Positions 37,101 through 50,665 of a DNA stretch of 64,000 nt are shown piece after piece. The notes beneath the pieces were generated by a model. That model did not search any database, was not told the origin of the DNA, and saw only the letters and a list, made by a program, of their open reading frames with translations. The stretch comes from Raillietiella orientalis (Eukaryota). Both the position numbers and the translations under genes were made by a program. The DNA lies in contig JAYWIR010000025.1 in the NCBI GenBank assembly GCA_036172245.1, positions 1,426,001-1,490,000 on the forward strand, written 5' to 3'. How positions within the stretch are numbered: the first letter of the stretch is position 1; every line of letters starts with the position of its first letter.

Positions 37101-40100
37101 TATAAAAGGTTCTAAAGACACGCTTCAATTTATGGATTTTCGCCCAATCTGCATTTCACTAATCAGTGCTCAGGATAAGAAAATCGAGATAAATTATCAT
37201 CAATCTTTGGATCCGGTCGAGTGGTACTGATGATCCAGCTCAGCTTCAAATAGCAACTTACTATGTACAGTGAAACTCCCTCTTACGTCAGTCAGTTCTC
37301 ATGGGTGGACAGACATTTGATTTCCGTAATAGGTGTGTGTGGGAAAAAAAAATAAAATTTTTTTTTCTTGTGTTTTTGGCCAACTTTAATTGCTGCACCC
37401 TGATCGAAATGGTCGGGACCTGTGAAAACTAAGACGCTCCATACTGGGTAGAAATTTATTTAATTCATACGGTGTTGAAGTCCATCCCGTGATTCGGATT
37501 CTCAACTTCCAAACCGGAAAGAGAGATCGAGGCGTCGGCCAGTCAGACTTAACCGCTAACCTATGCTGAACAAAAATTTCTGCTGCTGAATTATTGAATC
37601 CCTTTTACATGCTACCAGAGGAAGATACGAAGGATTTTTCTCAGCGGAAGATTCGGGGGCTCCATTCGTGATTAAAGTTCCATTTATGATTAACCAAATG
37701 CTTGTGCTGCATTCGATGATCTGTCGTGCGTTCTTCAACGGTCTTCTTTCCAGGAAAATGAGTTTCAGGAAACCATCGCTTCGCGGCTTGACGACAGTTT
37801 TCAAAGAAATAAACTCCCTAAGAAAACTTGGTAGATAAAATAAAAATGTGTGAGAGCATTTGAGTAGCCGAATTTGGAGGGGGATTGGGGGAGAGGAAGG
37901 GGCAGTTTTCGTTATCCGAGCTCAGGTTGGATGAATTTCTGAAAGGCATGCTCCCGATGGGAGCAGCTCCAGTGAAGCTGCCCAAGGATCATTTGATCGT
38001 TGAGCCAACTGAGGATTCCCCAATACGAGGAACTCTCCATTGAAAGTTCTGTCTGTCTTGCAACTGACTTGCAAAACTGTTGTCTGTGGATTTTAGAAAA
38101 GGGGCGTTGCCTCTCATTTGCTGCTGCTTGCACGTCCTCTTGCACATGGGAAGGCAGGCCAGCAAAGATCTGTTCGGACTTCAACCTCTTTGTGTGGGCG
38201 AGTAAATTCCTGCCTTTTAATTAGGTGCGCGGTGTTTCCACACGTGAAGATCTGATGGACAGATTCCAAGATGCGTTTTCTTGATGCCAAGAGCAGACTC
38301 GGTACGAATGCGCTTCTTTGAGAGCGATGAGCTCTCCCAGTGATTGTCCATGTGGTGATCTGAGCTTTCCGATCCCTTACTTACTTATTTATGTAGCACA
38401 GAGAGTAGCCTTCATGGATGGTAGTGGATACCCCCAATCGAGCACATGGATGCAAGAAAAGCATCTTGAAAAGGCTTTTCCTCCCGAGATGTGTATTCCA
38501 ATAATGCAATGGAGAAAAATTTTCCGATTCAAATTTTGGATCTTTGCTTTCCATGTTTGGGAAATTTCGCGCAGATGACGTGCAGCTGTCTCCAGGAACG
38601 CACTCGCTGAAAGATTTCTCCACGTGGAATGAAGTTTCCTTCGGGAAGGTAGGCGTTTGGTTCCCGGAAGACTAAGTATGTTGTTGTTTTTGTTAAAAAA
38701 AAAAAAAAAAAAATTCAGCTTCCCTCACTGTGTCTTTGCCTTAGCTTCATCTGGAAAATTCCAAGTACCACATTGCTGTCTCCTTCGCGAAAAGAATATT
38801 CCATGTGTCTTCTCTTCTTTATTGTAACTGCGCTCAAAATTATGACTAGTAATACTTTAGGGCTGATTCACCTCTTCCCTCTGAAATGATTTGACAAGGC
38901 AAAATGGAAGTACCGAATAAACGGTTCCCTAAGGATTTCTTTCAAAAAGCTTTTTTCCCTTAGGGCTAATAAAGGACAATAAAGAGAACGCTCGTGAGTT
39001 TTAGTCCGCCTTGGCATTCATTACGATCCAAAGAGCAACTGCGTGCAGCATAGAGCAGCCATGGAGAACTTCGAATTAACTGTTTTCGCATAAATGTTAT
39101 CTCTAGATAAGCAATGCTGCGAATGTAACTTTGTTGTTAGTCAATACATGAAGAGCGCATTTGTAGCGTGTCACGATGGTAAACGGTTGCATGGAGCCAA
39201 TCGACTTGTACATGTCAGTACATGTCGGAAAGGGAAACCGACGTGTGTGTACAGACTTGCTGTACCTCTAACAGTGTCAAGTGCAGCTTCCCATCCCACT
39301 GCACGCGCATGCCGTTCATTTCATCGATGCGATCTCCTCACCCCACTTCCGGGTTGCACGTTGCAGATCTTCGACTACGTCAGAGGATTCACGTTGGAGA
39401 ACGTAAAGGGAACATGCGCGGTAACAGGAAAGGAATTGCAAGCTGCAGATTCATTGGTCCACTTTCTCATAGGAATCATCTATAGGATAGCAGTTTGAAA
39501 TTCCAAAAGGCTCCAGCATAAGTTCCCGAAAGCACCACTCGTTTTCCACCTGTGAAGCAGAGCCGGCACAAAGCGGTCTTCTTGCGAGATAGCTGCAAGC
39601 GATCTTTCAAGATTGCTTCAGTTTCACCAGCATGCTGCTCTCTACTCACTCTTTCTTCACCTCCTTTCCTTCCTGCTCGCATCCCCAGTTTCATCTTCAG
39701 ACAATTTGTTCATTTCTGGCTCTCCTTCGAAAGTGCATCGACACAATAAGACAAAATTCATTACAAAAAGCAGTTTCTTGGTCCTGCGAAGTGAGCTGCT
39801 GGCCAGTTGCTTTCACTCTCAGCAGAGGAGACGTGTCGGCGCCTCCAGGAGTCATTGCTTTCTTAAACCTATTTCCTCCAAAGGTTCTTTTTTTTCTTTT
39901 TTACAATTCCCCACTCCGGAGAGGCCCTGGATTCGATTTCAGTTCCTATGAATTCTATTTGACTTTTTGCCTCCTGGTCAAGAAGCACCGAGTGGACTTC
40001 GAGCTTAATGGCATTCGTTAAAGTCCAGTAAGGCAGGATTTGTAGGAGGAAAGGATGCCTCTCCCACGGAGTTCCGGCCTGTGCCGCTGCCAGATTTCAC

Positions 40101-43100
40101 TTCAGGATGAGTTGACTTTATGTCTTGCGCTCGTGGAACGGCTGCCATGACCAGCAAGCTGCCCGATTGAATGGCAGCGGAGACAAACATGGGATCACAA
40201 CGAAACCGATCCGGCGTCGAGGTTGAGGTCACAGGACCTTTAGAGGAATCAGTCTTTTGATTGGCTGCCATCATTCCCATCCGAGCTGGCTTTCGAATCC
40301 TCTGTTCGATCGCTTTCAAGGAGAAGCTGCGATGAGTCACTGCGCAACCTGCCAGCTGCTCGTCTTGCGTCCGGACGCCGACAGAACTCATTCGATTACG
40401 TCTTTCCTCTATTCGAGAGCTTTGCGATTATCAACGCAAGGGCAAAGATAAAAAATAAAAAAAAAAGCACCGCTTTTCTCTGTCTCTTTCTTTCCAGTCA
40501 TTCCTCTGATGCCGATACCTGGTCGAGATTTTGCACAACACTCACGGATCGTTATCGGATGTTCTGAACCTTCCCACTCATCAATCACTGCATCCTCGAG
40601 CACCAGTTTTCAAAGATGTGCTGCAAGTGCCTGCCAAACGAGTGAGCTCGCGTTACTTCTCGGTTCCTCGGACCGCACGACTTTCCGATGAAGATCGCGG
40701 ATGGCGCATCCAAACCCAGTTTTTCTGATCAAGCGCTCTACGAAGGCTCGAAGATGATGGCATGACCCTCAACACCTAGTCAGAGAGCGCGGAGGCTGTT
40801 TCGTTCTTGCAGCTGCTTTCTCTTCTGCCATCCAGTCAGAATCTCACCCTCCTTTCTGTTTCCTATTTTTCCACGATGAGAGGTGCATGAGGAAGAAGAT
40901 GTGTAGAAGAGGTGTCCAAACACCTGATCAGCAGACATCTCCGGAGGGAGAGTTTGATGGAGTTTCTTTTTGATTGCGTTGAGAAGCATCCGGAAAGAAA
41001 GGGATGCACTTCTTGGATGCTTTCTAGGTCTCTCGCGCTCAAGAGGCCAATCCTTTCGTCGCCTCGTCGGAGGATCATCTCGTCTTTTCCAGGAGCGCCA
41101 GAAGGCCCTGAGCAGGAGCAGACGCCGCGGCGGAGCAGTCTGCAGCGCGAAAGTGACCTCCTTCCAAGACCTCCTCCCCCTCCTTCCCCCAAATCCTCTG
41201 TTACGCAGGAGAGCACCAGAGGCTGGTGCTGAGAAGAGAACCTCAGATAAGGAGGAAGCGTGAAGGGAACTCTTCACAGAAAACCAGGCAGTTTGCTCCC
41301 TTTGTTAGTGTGTTTCACTTTCCTATTCGTGGAGGCATCTCTTAGCCAGGGGCTCGAAGATGGGGTCGGGCCGCTCACGCGTTGGCTCGGTCGAAGCCCG
41401 TCGCTAGCAATTCTGCCCTCTGGGACTTTGGGGGAGTTGCATGAAAGGGAAAGAGCGAAAACCTTTGCTGTTGAGAGGGAAGGAGGAAGGACATAAGAAG
41501 AATTCAGATCATTCTTGGATTCTCCCCATTCCGAAGCCGGGGACGAACATGATTGTACCTTGCACTGCCACTTGGGAGCCATTTCGTGCACGTGATGCGG
41601 TCCAGAAACGCTGCGAGAGGAAGAGTCGTGTGCATCAGTCTCGTAGGTTTGCAAACGAAGATGCCCCACCTTTTCTAACCTCTCCGCCTTAGACAATATG
41701 ATGTATATAATTGCGATTTTCATCAGTAATAAAAATTTGTGACGTAAGTTCAATACCAGGAGATGATAATGGGATACAAGAATATGACAATGAATTTGAG
41801 GTCCTTGAAGATTATGAATTTATGAATCCCCGTGACCCGGATGAAGTACATTCTTTTCTTTTCAGGAGGGTGCCGTAAAACTCGAACGAACAGGACTCAG
41901 AGAGGTCAGCGAGTCAGCTTGACCTCCAGGATTTGGGAACTCCCGCATCCCCAGTGGCGAACTTTCCTCAGAGGTACACATGCCATTACAACCGCCAAAT
42001 GTCACAGGCGGAAGCCTTTGCTCGTTGCTCCACAAGGCTGCCAACCTGTGCCGATCATCTGAATGCATCTGCTCCTATTAAAACATCAAAATCTTTCGCC
42101 ACAACTTTTTGATCATCAGTTACTTCTCAAGGACATTCCTTATGACCTCTGCATCCTAGATGGAAGCATTTCTCGATTGTATTCTTCCGCCTCTCTTTCA
42201 CGCGCTCTCGGCTGCGCTCACGAGATGCAACGATCTCGACTGGACCGCACCATCTTCATCGGGCATTTTGACTCGCGAAAGGTTGATCCCTGCTTTACGT
42301 GCGTCCGTTTCGAGTTCTCCGTTGGAACCCTTCACGCTGGTGAACCATACCTCTGCGTTTCCTACCACCGGAGGTGAGCGCTCTTTCACTGCCATCGAAC
42401 GGAAACCTTTCGAACGAGGGCTGCCGGCAGTCCGCAACGCACCAAGAGGCTTCGAAGCAAAGGTACTTTGATTATCATCGGTCGAATCCCACTCGGAGCG
42501 CTTATATATTTTTTTCCTTTTCCTTTGTGCCTTTTGACGTCCACATTTTCCACTCGGAATCCCTCGACAAATAAAAAACTCCGAATCAAAATGAGAAGGA
42601 CCGAATTCGATCGACCGACTCGGTCGTCTGCTTTCCTGGGCTGCTGGTGACTCGTTCGGCGCTCACGGAAATTCGCCATCCAGACTGGAGTGAGGGCAGC
42701 AGTTACCGAACCGCATTTTTTTTTTCTTCTCATGGGCCTCATGCTGCCTCATCTGGGCAACGGTTTCCACGGGAGCTCCCTTTTCCAGTCCGTGCATGAA
42801 CGAATGGAGAATCTTCCTTCCTCTCCACTCTTGAAGTCGGAGCAATTTGGGAATTGTGGATGTTATGGGAATTGGAGCTTTCTCCAAAAGGCAACCCGAG
42901 GGAATGAAACGGTTGACTTTGACTTTTCGAGAGGTGTACTCAATTCAATGTTTTTTTTCTTCACTGACTGGATGCCTTGAGGGTTTCCTTATCACTGATA
43001 GGAAAAAATCAAAACAAATTTGCCGCAATGAATCGGAAAAGCGGCAGTCCGTGCCTCTTACAGGTGAGATCGTCTTCTGGAATCGGGAATTTCTGCATGC

Positions 43101-44872
43101 ATACATTTCGCCAGAGCACCTGCCACCACTTTGTAATCGCTTTGTAAAGCATTAGTCTGAGTATCAGTAGCGAGGACAACGATCCACAGCGACTTTCCTA
43201 GGATCATGGCTGCTTTCAGCTGCTACCTCCGCATCTACCACATGCAATTTTCACGCCCAATCAACTATGCTCGACTGAATCAGAAGATCACGCAAAAACG
43301 TGATGAAGAACGCATCTTCAGCTGAGATCATCGCACATCACTTGCATTTCTGTTTTGGTAAAAGTTCCCTTACCCATAGTAGTTCCACAAGACCTCCTTT
43401 TCTAGATCGTAGGAATGCGGCGGGTGTGTATACGCAGTCGACCTTTGGACAAATTAAACCTCGACACCGCCTGGTTGTCGTCGAATGTCGGTGTCGGGGA
43501 CAGGTTCAGCTCGGAGCCTTGCATGCTCATCACCACCGCCTCGTCGCCGCGCTGGAATTTCCGAACTGGTTTCGCACACTCTGGAATGCACTTGCGACCT
43601 TCACTTGTGCACAGACCTCCCCGACTTCTCCTCCCCCGCAGCCTCTGGAGCGAGCAGCGAGGAGCACACAGAGAAAAGGAGCCACTCGGAAAAAATTCGG
43701 CCAATTTGGCCGGGCGGGAAGGAGATGAAGGTCTGGCGGAAGAGGACGTCGGACTCATCTGCCGACCAAAAACAGCACAACGGGCAGCGGCCAGACGGAA
43801 GCGTGCTGCAGGCATGCAGCAGCAAACTGCCACTGAAGTCCGAAAACCATAAATCAGAGTGTTGCACGCGGCCAGCGCATCGGAATTTTGGCTAACACCA
43901 TGATGTTCGATCAGACACCTGCCGTGAAATCCCCACAGCACGGCAAACGGCACTGTACCAGAATACCATGGATCCAGTTAGTGTTGGTCTGATAGAAGGA
44001 TATTTAGTTTTGAATAAAGCTGATCCATTTCAAAAGAGTTCGCCAAACGTGAGGATGAGAATGCAGTTCGGAAAAAGGGAATTTAATGTCTTGTTGAAAA
44101 CAGGGGGCGCATTCAAAAGGTCGGATCCCTCAAAAAAATGAAAAAAAATAAACGATCACTCCTTTCTATTCGTTTTCTGCAGTTCAACTTTTTTCTGCTA
44201 TTTTTTTAAAAAAGAAAAAAATTATGTTGGCTTCAGAACATTCAAGAAAACATTCTGAAACATCACTGTTTCCGAGGTCGTCCTGGTTTCATCTGGAAGT
44301 GTCTGAGAGTTGGCCAGCGTTCGACTGCCCAGCGCTAGAAGTTGATGATCTGCGCTCATTTCATGAGTTGCATAGGAAGGCTTCCTGAAGCCGACTGCGC
44401 CACTGCACTCGAAAGCCATGAAGGCGGGGATGCCTACCTAGAAATCTTAAATAAGATAAATCAACAAATAGGCAGCGTTCTGTTTTTACAATCCGGTGGG
44501 GGCAAGGAGGGGGAATTTCGAGGAGAAGTGCAAAAAGTTCATTACCATCTGTCCCATACTTGAGGTCTATTGAAGATCTGGAGTGAAACCAACACAGGTT
44601 ACCACCACAAATATCGTCTTTTCTTCACCTCACGTTTTTACATCTCCTTCGAGCCAAGAAACCACGGTGGAGAACCAGCTGCTCTCCTGTAGAATTTGTC
44701 CGTGCATTTTCAAAGCACTGAGAGAGAGGGTGCTGAAGACTATGCGGTTCTTCTGAGGTGTCCTTCACAATGCTTTTCTTCTTGACGTTTGTGATTTAAG
44801 AAATGCAAAAGCATGGTCGAGACACTTCACATGCCATTCTCAAGAGGAGAACAGCCATAGGAAGAATATTCT

Positions 44873-44897
44873 TCGCTTCTTGGCTAAGATCAAAGTG
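44873..44897 (+). ncRNA. U2 snRNA 5'-end remnant (Utopia target-site fragment, non-functional)
   Basis: TCGCTTCT-TGGCTAAGATCAAAGTG matches the arthropod-type U2 5' end ATCGCTTCTCGGCCTTTTGGCTAAGATCAAAGTGTAG with an internal deletion in stem-loop I. It abuts the retroelement, and U2 is the established target of Utopia elements. Confidence 0.75.
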
Positions 44898-46714
44898 GGT
44901 AATGATTTTCACGGGTGATGAGGGAGAGCTGTAAAGCAGAGACTCCCTTGGAGCATGCTAACGACTTGGTCATCTTAGCAGAAACAGAAGATGACCTTAA
45001 GCTCAGGCTACGTCGTTCGGAATATCTGGCGTCTCGTTCCAGCTTGCCCATCAATCCCTTCAAATGTGCCGGTGTATTCCACTTCGGGAAGACTCCTCGT
45101 GGGTCGGGGGACAACTGTCTGGAAATTGGCAGCGGATCAGTTCCAAGCATGTCGGGATCTGGTGCATGCAGATACCTAGGAAAGCCGTTTGGAATTGAAC
45201 TCTCCAATGCCGTCCGGTCGAAGGAGGACATGCTGCGCAAAGACGAAATTCCCTTGACATCTGGACTTTCTCCCTGGCAGGAATTGGATGCTATGGAAGC
45301 TTTCTTTTTTCCTAGCCCCATGCATCTTCAGAGGCTAGGAACGCATCTAAAATCTGAATGGAAGTTCGTGGGCAGGGAGATTAGAAGGATGGTGAAGGCT
45401 GTGTTGCATCCACCTTCAAGAGTTGCCAATCAGTATCTCTACGGGAATCGGAAGGGATGCCTGGGCCTGATGTGACCTGTCAGATGAAGCAGGCATCTTC
45501 ATCACTGATAGCTGCTTCAAGCTTCTAAGATCCTCCTATGTTGCCTCCAAGGATCTTGTCAAGCAGTCACTCCGAGAGGTGGTACTTAAGAAGAAACACC
45601 TTCCAATGACGTCCCTGGAAGTTTGCTCTCTGGCAACGCTGCAGGGAAAGTCTACGGGATTTGTGGCAAGAAGCATCTGGATCACGGGAAGGCGAGCTTC
45701 CCGTCGCAGCTTGGAGCTCTGAAGATGGAGAGAAACCAGGATTCAAGTTGGAAACCTGTCGTTTGATGCAGCAACGAGGAGGGAGTGCACCGCGGCAGTG
45801 AGTAAACGTACAAAGGGAACGCGCATGGCTGGAATGATCTACGAACACCCAGATCAAGGGAAGGCCATGCGATGCACTGGACTGCATCGTTCATCCAGTT
45901 GCTTCTTAACAACTGAAGATTATCTTTGCTTCGCCGACTTCTGGCTCATCCATGCGGCAAGACTGAACCTGCTTCCGATTCGGGGCGTGTCAAGGAGGTC
46001 CCAAGGATCATGCCGACGCTGTGTAGCCGGACTGATGATGGGATGAAGCCTTGCCTCACATTTTGAATCACCGCATGACGCATTCTTTTCTATACACAGC
46101 TAGTCGTGATGCCATCGTCGACAGGTCATCGGCAGCGGCGAATAGCGCAGGGTGGAAATTGGTGTCGGCAAACGAGACTGTTCCTGGGTGAACTGACCTG
46201 GGCACCTGTGTAGCCAGGAGTTCAACCTAAGTTCTGATGTGGTGTTGCAGCAGGCAAATAGGATGGTTATCCTTGAAGTCTCCGGTCCATTCAACAACAT
46301 AGAAGAGCTATTCGGTCTTACCAGAGTGGAGGGGGGAAAAAAAGTGCCAGGAAATTCGCTTCGCTGCTCTCGAAAAAATCACTTCAGGCTGAAGTGTGAG
46401 GTGCATTCATTGTAGGTACATTAGGATAGTGGGACCCTCGGAATGATGAAGTCATTTGGGAGTTGGGTATCCCATAGCGGTATGCGGACACAATGAGGTA
46501 CTTGATGTCAGACTCACGCATCTACTAAACGCACCTTCTAGGACATCCTCCAGATGATGCCGTTAATCAGCGTAAAGGAAGAATTGCTACAAAGGAAGGG
46601 AATCTCTCATCGAACTCATGAAGATTAAACAGCCTGTGAGACAAAGGAAGACAAGTACGGTAGAGCCAGTCAGTTCATGCTTTTATATATTTGTAAGACA
46701 ATATTTGAAATAAA
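44898..46714 (+). mobile_element. Decayed, 5'-truncated Utopia-like (NeSL clade, RLE-type) non-LTR retrotransposon
   Basis: Conceptual translation across frameshifts gives the RT C-terminal half (LEHANDLVILAE as a degenerate YADD motif, INPFKC, RYLGKPFG), thumb/linker segments typical of Utopia (LSPWQELDAMEAFFFPS, ANQYLYG, DSCFKLL, SIWITGRRASRR, PDQGKAM, FADFWLIHAARLNLLP), a CCHC knuckle remnant (CRRC...EALPHILNH...DAIVDR), an RLE core (SDVVL...ILEVSGPF) and a C-terminus (FIVGTLG*WDPRND...RIY*THLLG) ending near 46545. There are multiple stops and frameshifts. AATAAA at 46709-46714 is the likely 3' end. Confidence 0.9.
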
Positions 46715-49700
46715 ATCTCTACGCAAACTTCATGAAAAGCTCAGCATTCTTTCCCAAGGAACGCTAAGTTTCTTCCTGGATAGCTTTCGACAAAACGAAG
46801 CATAAAACTGGAGATGTCTACTAAGTACCCGTATGTAAATAATGAACATTTCTTCTCCTGATACCAAAGTAGTCTTTGGCTTCTCTGAGCAGGTTATTTC
46901 GAAACAATCTCTGCCGCACCCGGGGGGGTCAGCGGATGCAGAACGCGTTGCGCTCACCATCTCTTCTTAGATGCATGCGATGTGCATTGGCAGATGCGTT
47001 TCCTGGAATATGAAGCGTACCAGGCCACGGCAACAGAAAATTCTACTCACAGCTTACGTTGGTGAAGATTTCACAAACCCGAGATACAGTTCAGACCTCG
47101 TGTAGCAGGCAGCACTCATGAAGTGTTGCTGGGTGACTCCCTGTTGCCAAGGCGGAAAAGCATCACGAAACGTTAGAGTGGCAACCTCTTGCAAACCAGT
47201 AAATTCACTCAATCGACAAACACGAGGTGCACTTGCGTTTCCCTTTCCCCATCATACGTTTCTTCTCGGTGTGACGGGGAAGAGAATGGGAGTTGGCAAA
47301 AGAGAATGCAGTGCGCATGCTGTGTCTAAATCAGCAGCCAAGTGCTCGAAAAGAAATGTGGCATGGAAGCGATCCGTCAAGTCCGCCGAATTACATGACT
47401 CCACTGAGATGTAGAAGATGGGTCTGTTCCATCTTCTCGTGATTGCCCCTTGGTTCGATGCAAATATTTGCAGTTCTGCGCAAACATTATTATGAAATGC
47501 TGTTGTTTACCGAAAATTAACCGAGTCTGTGTTTGCGTACAAATTCTCTTAAGGGGATGAATAAACATCATCGGTGCGTCTTGCGCGTTTGCGCAAACAT
47601 AATTTTCCATTTCGAATCCTCGGAGGAATGAATCGATGTACTCAGGATTACTATTTCCACCAAAGGTGTTTCAGAAAAGAACTGCTGCTTCCGGGAGGAA
47701 GGATGCATAAGTTCAAGAGGAAGAATATGCTGAGATGACAAGCATTTATCAGTTGACGGAGGTTTTCCCTTCTCTTAAGAAAACGCCGTGTTTTGTGAAC
47801 TCCGTGGTAAACGGCCCTTTTTTATTTATCAAGGATGAGAGTGTGAGTTTGACGTAGGCCGAATGTATCTCGGAGATTATCATAAAAACGCGTTGAGCAT
47901 TCTGGTAAGTCATTCAAGACTGTCAAAGAAGGAATCCCTTTTTATGATGAATTGATCATATCAGATCACTGGCATCCTTAGGCAAACCAATGTTCCCATC
48001 CGAACAGTAAGAGATTTACTGGGACAGCAGCTTCCTCAGGAAAATTTTGCAGTTGCAAATGGCCAACTCATACATCAGATTGCCTTTCTAAGAACACTTT
48101 GCAAACGGAAGCATTCTTGAGATGTTGAGCGTTCGACAGAAGAATTTTTTTTATCCGTTCAAAAGTTGAAACAGAAGATGTGAATCTTTAATGCTTCGTA
48201 ATAGTTGGCGTCTAAAATCCATAACCCACGGAACCCAAAACTTCGGCTAATCCCGTAGAGTTTCTTAGCACAACGCAAATGAGCAAAACGTTTGCAAAAT
48301 TTCGGAATGTCTCAATCGAGCTCAACTCGAGTATTTCTTCTTTTTTTTTTCCACTAAAAAATTTTGTAGAAGTTTTCGAACTGATCAGACGAGTTTTGCA
48401 AGTAGCTTGAAAGGTTCTTGTAGATCATTCGGCTCCTAGGATGTTCTTCAGTTTCCCGGAAAAATTGCTCTGATTTTTCAAAACTCTTATCCGAGAATCC
48501 TCCACTGAATTCAAAGAGGTCTTCATGACAGTATGAGAGAGAATATGGATGTCTGCGATTACTCCCTCAGACTGGTGAGGAGAATGGACCACGGGTTTTC
48601 CAAAATTGATGACAGCCTAATTAATTCGGACTTACTCAGAAACAAGAACTTTGCAGTTATGAAGAAGGATTTCAAATTTAGTCCTTCGGAGCCTAACATT
48701 CTCGCCGTCTCATAATCGACTTCTCTAAATGCACTAACTCGAGGATGTTAGAATTGCGAAGCATTTCCATTATGATGACTATAGTCCTTTCAAGGCGTGG
48801 CGTATCCGTGACATGCAGGATCCGTGTCACACTTGGAGGTCGACAGACGGTGATCCAGGTACTTATCTGAAAACAGGTTTTCTGCTTTTCTTAAAAAAAA
48901 GCCAGAATCAATAAGTATAGAGAGAAGTATAGAGCTTCCAAACTATTGGAGCAGCTGCCAACGGGTCAACTTTTGCATCTTAAAGAAGCAAGTTTCCATG
49001 GAAGGAAAACTGAGAATAGGTAACAGAGCCTGGTTCGAGGCATAACAGGGGGGAGGGCTGGTTTTGAGGAAGAACATCTGAATGACAGGCACAAAATCCT
49101 CAAAGCTCGGTGAATTTTCTCGAGGACCATTGCAGAAATGACCTCAAGCTAGTTTGAAAGTGCCGTACTCGGAAGCTGAACGGACTGTGGGAGGAAGCGG
49201 AAAAGAGTGGAATCCTGAACTGAAGGTTTCAGTCCTGACAAAAAATAGGAACTAGAGTTAAAGGCAGGCTCCATTCAACTCGATCTCTTTAAGCGTTTAA
49301 AAAAATTGACCCAAAATGCAGCAAAAGGAAGGGAGGTGGGAAAGGCAGGCAGCCGGGTTCATCCCTCCGTGTGCCCTAAGCACAGAAAAGTGGAAAGTGG
49401 CAACCTGAATCTTCATAGTTGTTCCAAAGCAAGCTTTGATGCTCTGGAAAGGTTACGAAGGGTATCCTTGACTGGAAAGTGTCCAGAAGTTTTCCCAAGC
49501 ATCCAAAGCTCATACTTGGGGGAATGTGATTGTGATGTCCATCATCCTTCAATCAAAGCAATTCATGACTTTCACTGGATTTTTTTTTTCCTTCCAGTTC
49601 TGCTCACTGGTGCCAGTTATTTTAGGAAATCTAAACTTGTGGACTTCTTAATGCCACTATTTTTTAAGAATATTTTTTCCAGTTTCAATAAATGACTGTG

Positions 49701-49964
49701 CTAGAATGACAAAAGTTTAAAGGGGGTAGCTGCAATTTGAAATCATTTTCAAGATTGAAAGAATATCAAATCACGTGATATACAGATGCAAAGAATGGCA
49801 AATAAATCTCTCAAATATTTTTGAGACTACTTGTGAAGTAGCAAAAACTTGGTGGAGCACATGGCAAGGGATTTTTCTTTCATTTTATTAATCCTTTGAT
49901 GTCTGTGATGACTATGAGTGATTAAGAAAAACAAAAAAAAAGGGCAGAAAAGATGTGAAAATGG

Positions 49965-50665
49965 AAACTTCGGAGAGAAGTGGAGCTTAAGCCATACACA
50001 GTGTATCTGCTGGACTAATTCCACCGATGGTAAGAGTTTTTTCTCTTCTTGAGTATGGAGTCTGTCTGTCAAGTTCTGTATGGATGTGGGCAAATAAAAT
50101 TCAGGACAGAAAATAAGACTCCACAAACACTTAGAACGTTTCAGTATTTGAGATTTTGGGTAGTCATGTACATTTTTAGACAGTATATTCAAAATGTTCA
50201 TTTACTGCATTTGAAAGAACAGATGCATCTATTGGCACAGCAACATCCCTAAATAAGAACCAGAAATTTCGAGATGTAGAATGACACGGAACCCTAATAG
50301 CATTTCTAGAGATTCAGAATGCATTTTCATGTCTTGTCTGACATCTATGAAACATAGATCGAACAAATCCGAACGGAAAAACTTTGTTGCTTTGCCAATA
50401 GATGCCTCTGTTCTTTCAAATGCAGTAAATGAACATTTTGAATATACTGTCTAAAAATGTACATGACTACCCAAAATCTCAAATACTGAAACGTTCTAAG
50501 TGTTTGTGGAGTCTTATTTTCTGTCCTGAATTTTATTTGCCCACATCCATACAGGACTTGACAGACAGACTCCATACTCAAGAAGAGAAAAAAATCTTAC
50601 CATCGGTGGAATTAGTCCAGCAGATACACTGTGTATGGCTTAAGCTCCACTTCTCTCCGAAGTTT
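49965..50665. repeat. Long inverted repeat: arms 49965-50245 and 50385-50665 (281 bp each), 139-bp spacer
   Basis: The arms are reverse complements, with 4 mismatches found by eye. Mirrored ORFs in the track confirm this (49827..50201- vs 50429..50716+; 50049..50252+ vs 50345..50581-). Confidence 0.95.

Noticed and set aside
37266..37450. TA-CAGTGAAACTC start resembling a pogo/Tc1-mariner MITE terminal repeat
   Set aside because: No matching right-hand TIR was found.
44898..46714. R2 element linked to the 28S fragment
   Set aside because: The protein motifs and the U2 flank indicate Utopia. The element is 21 kb from the 28S fragment, which does not include the R2 target region.
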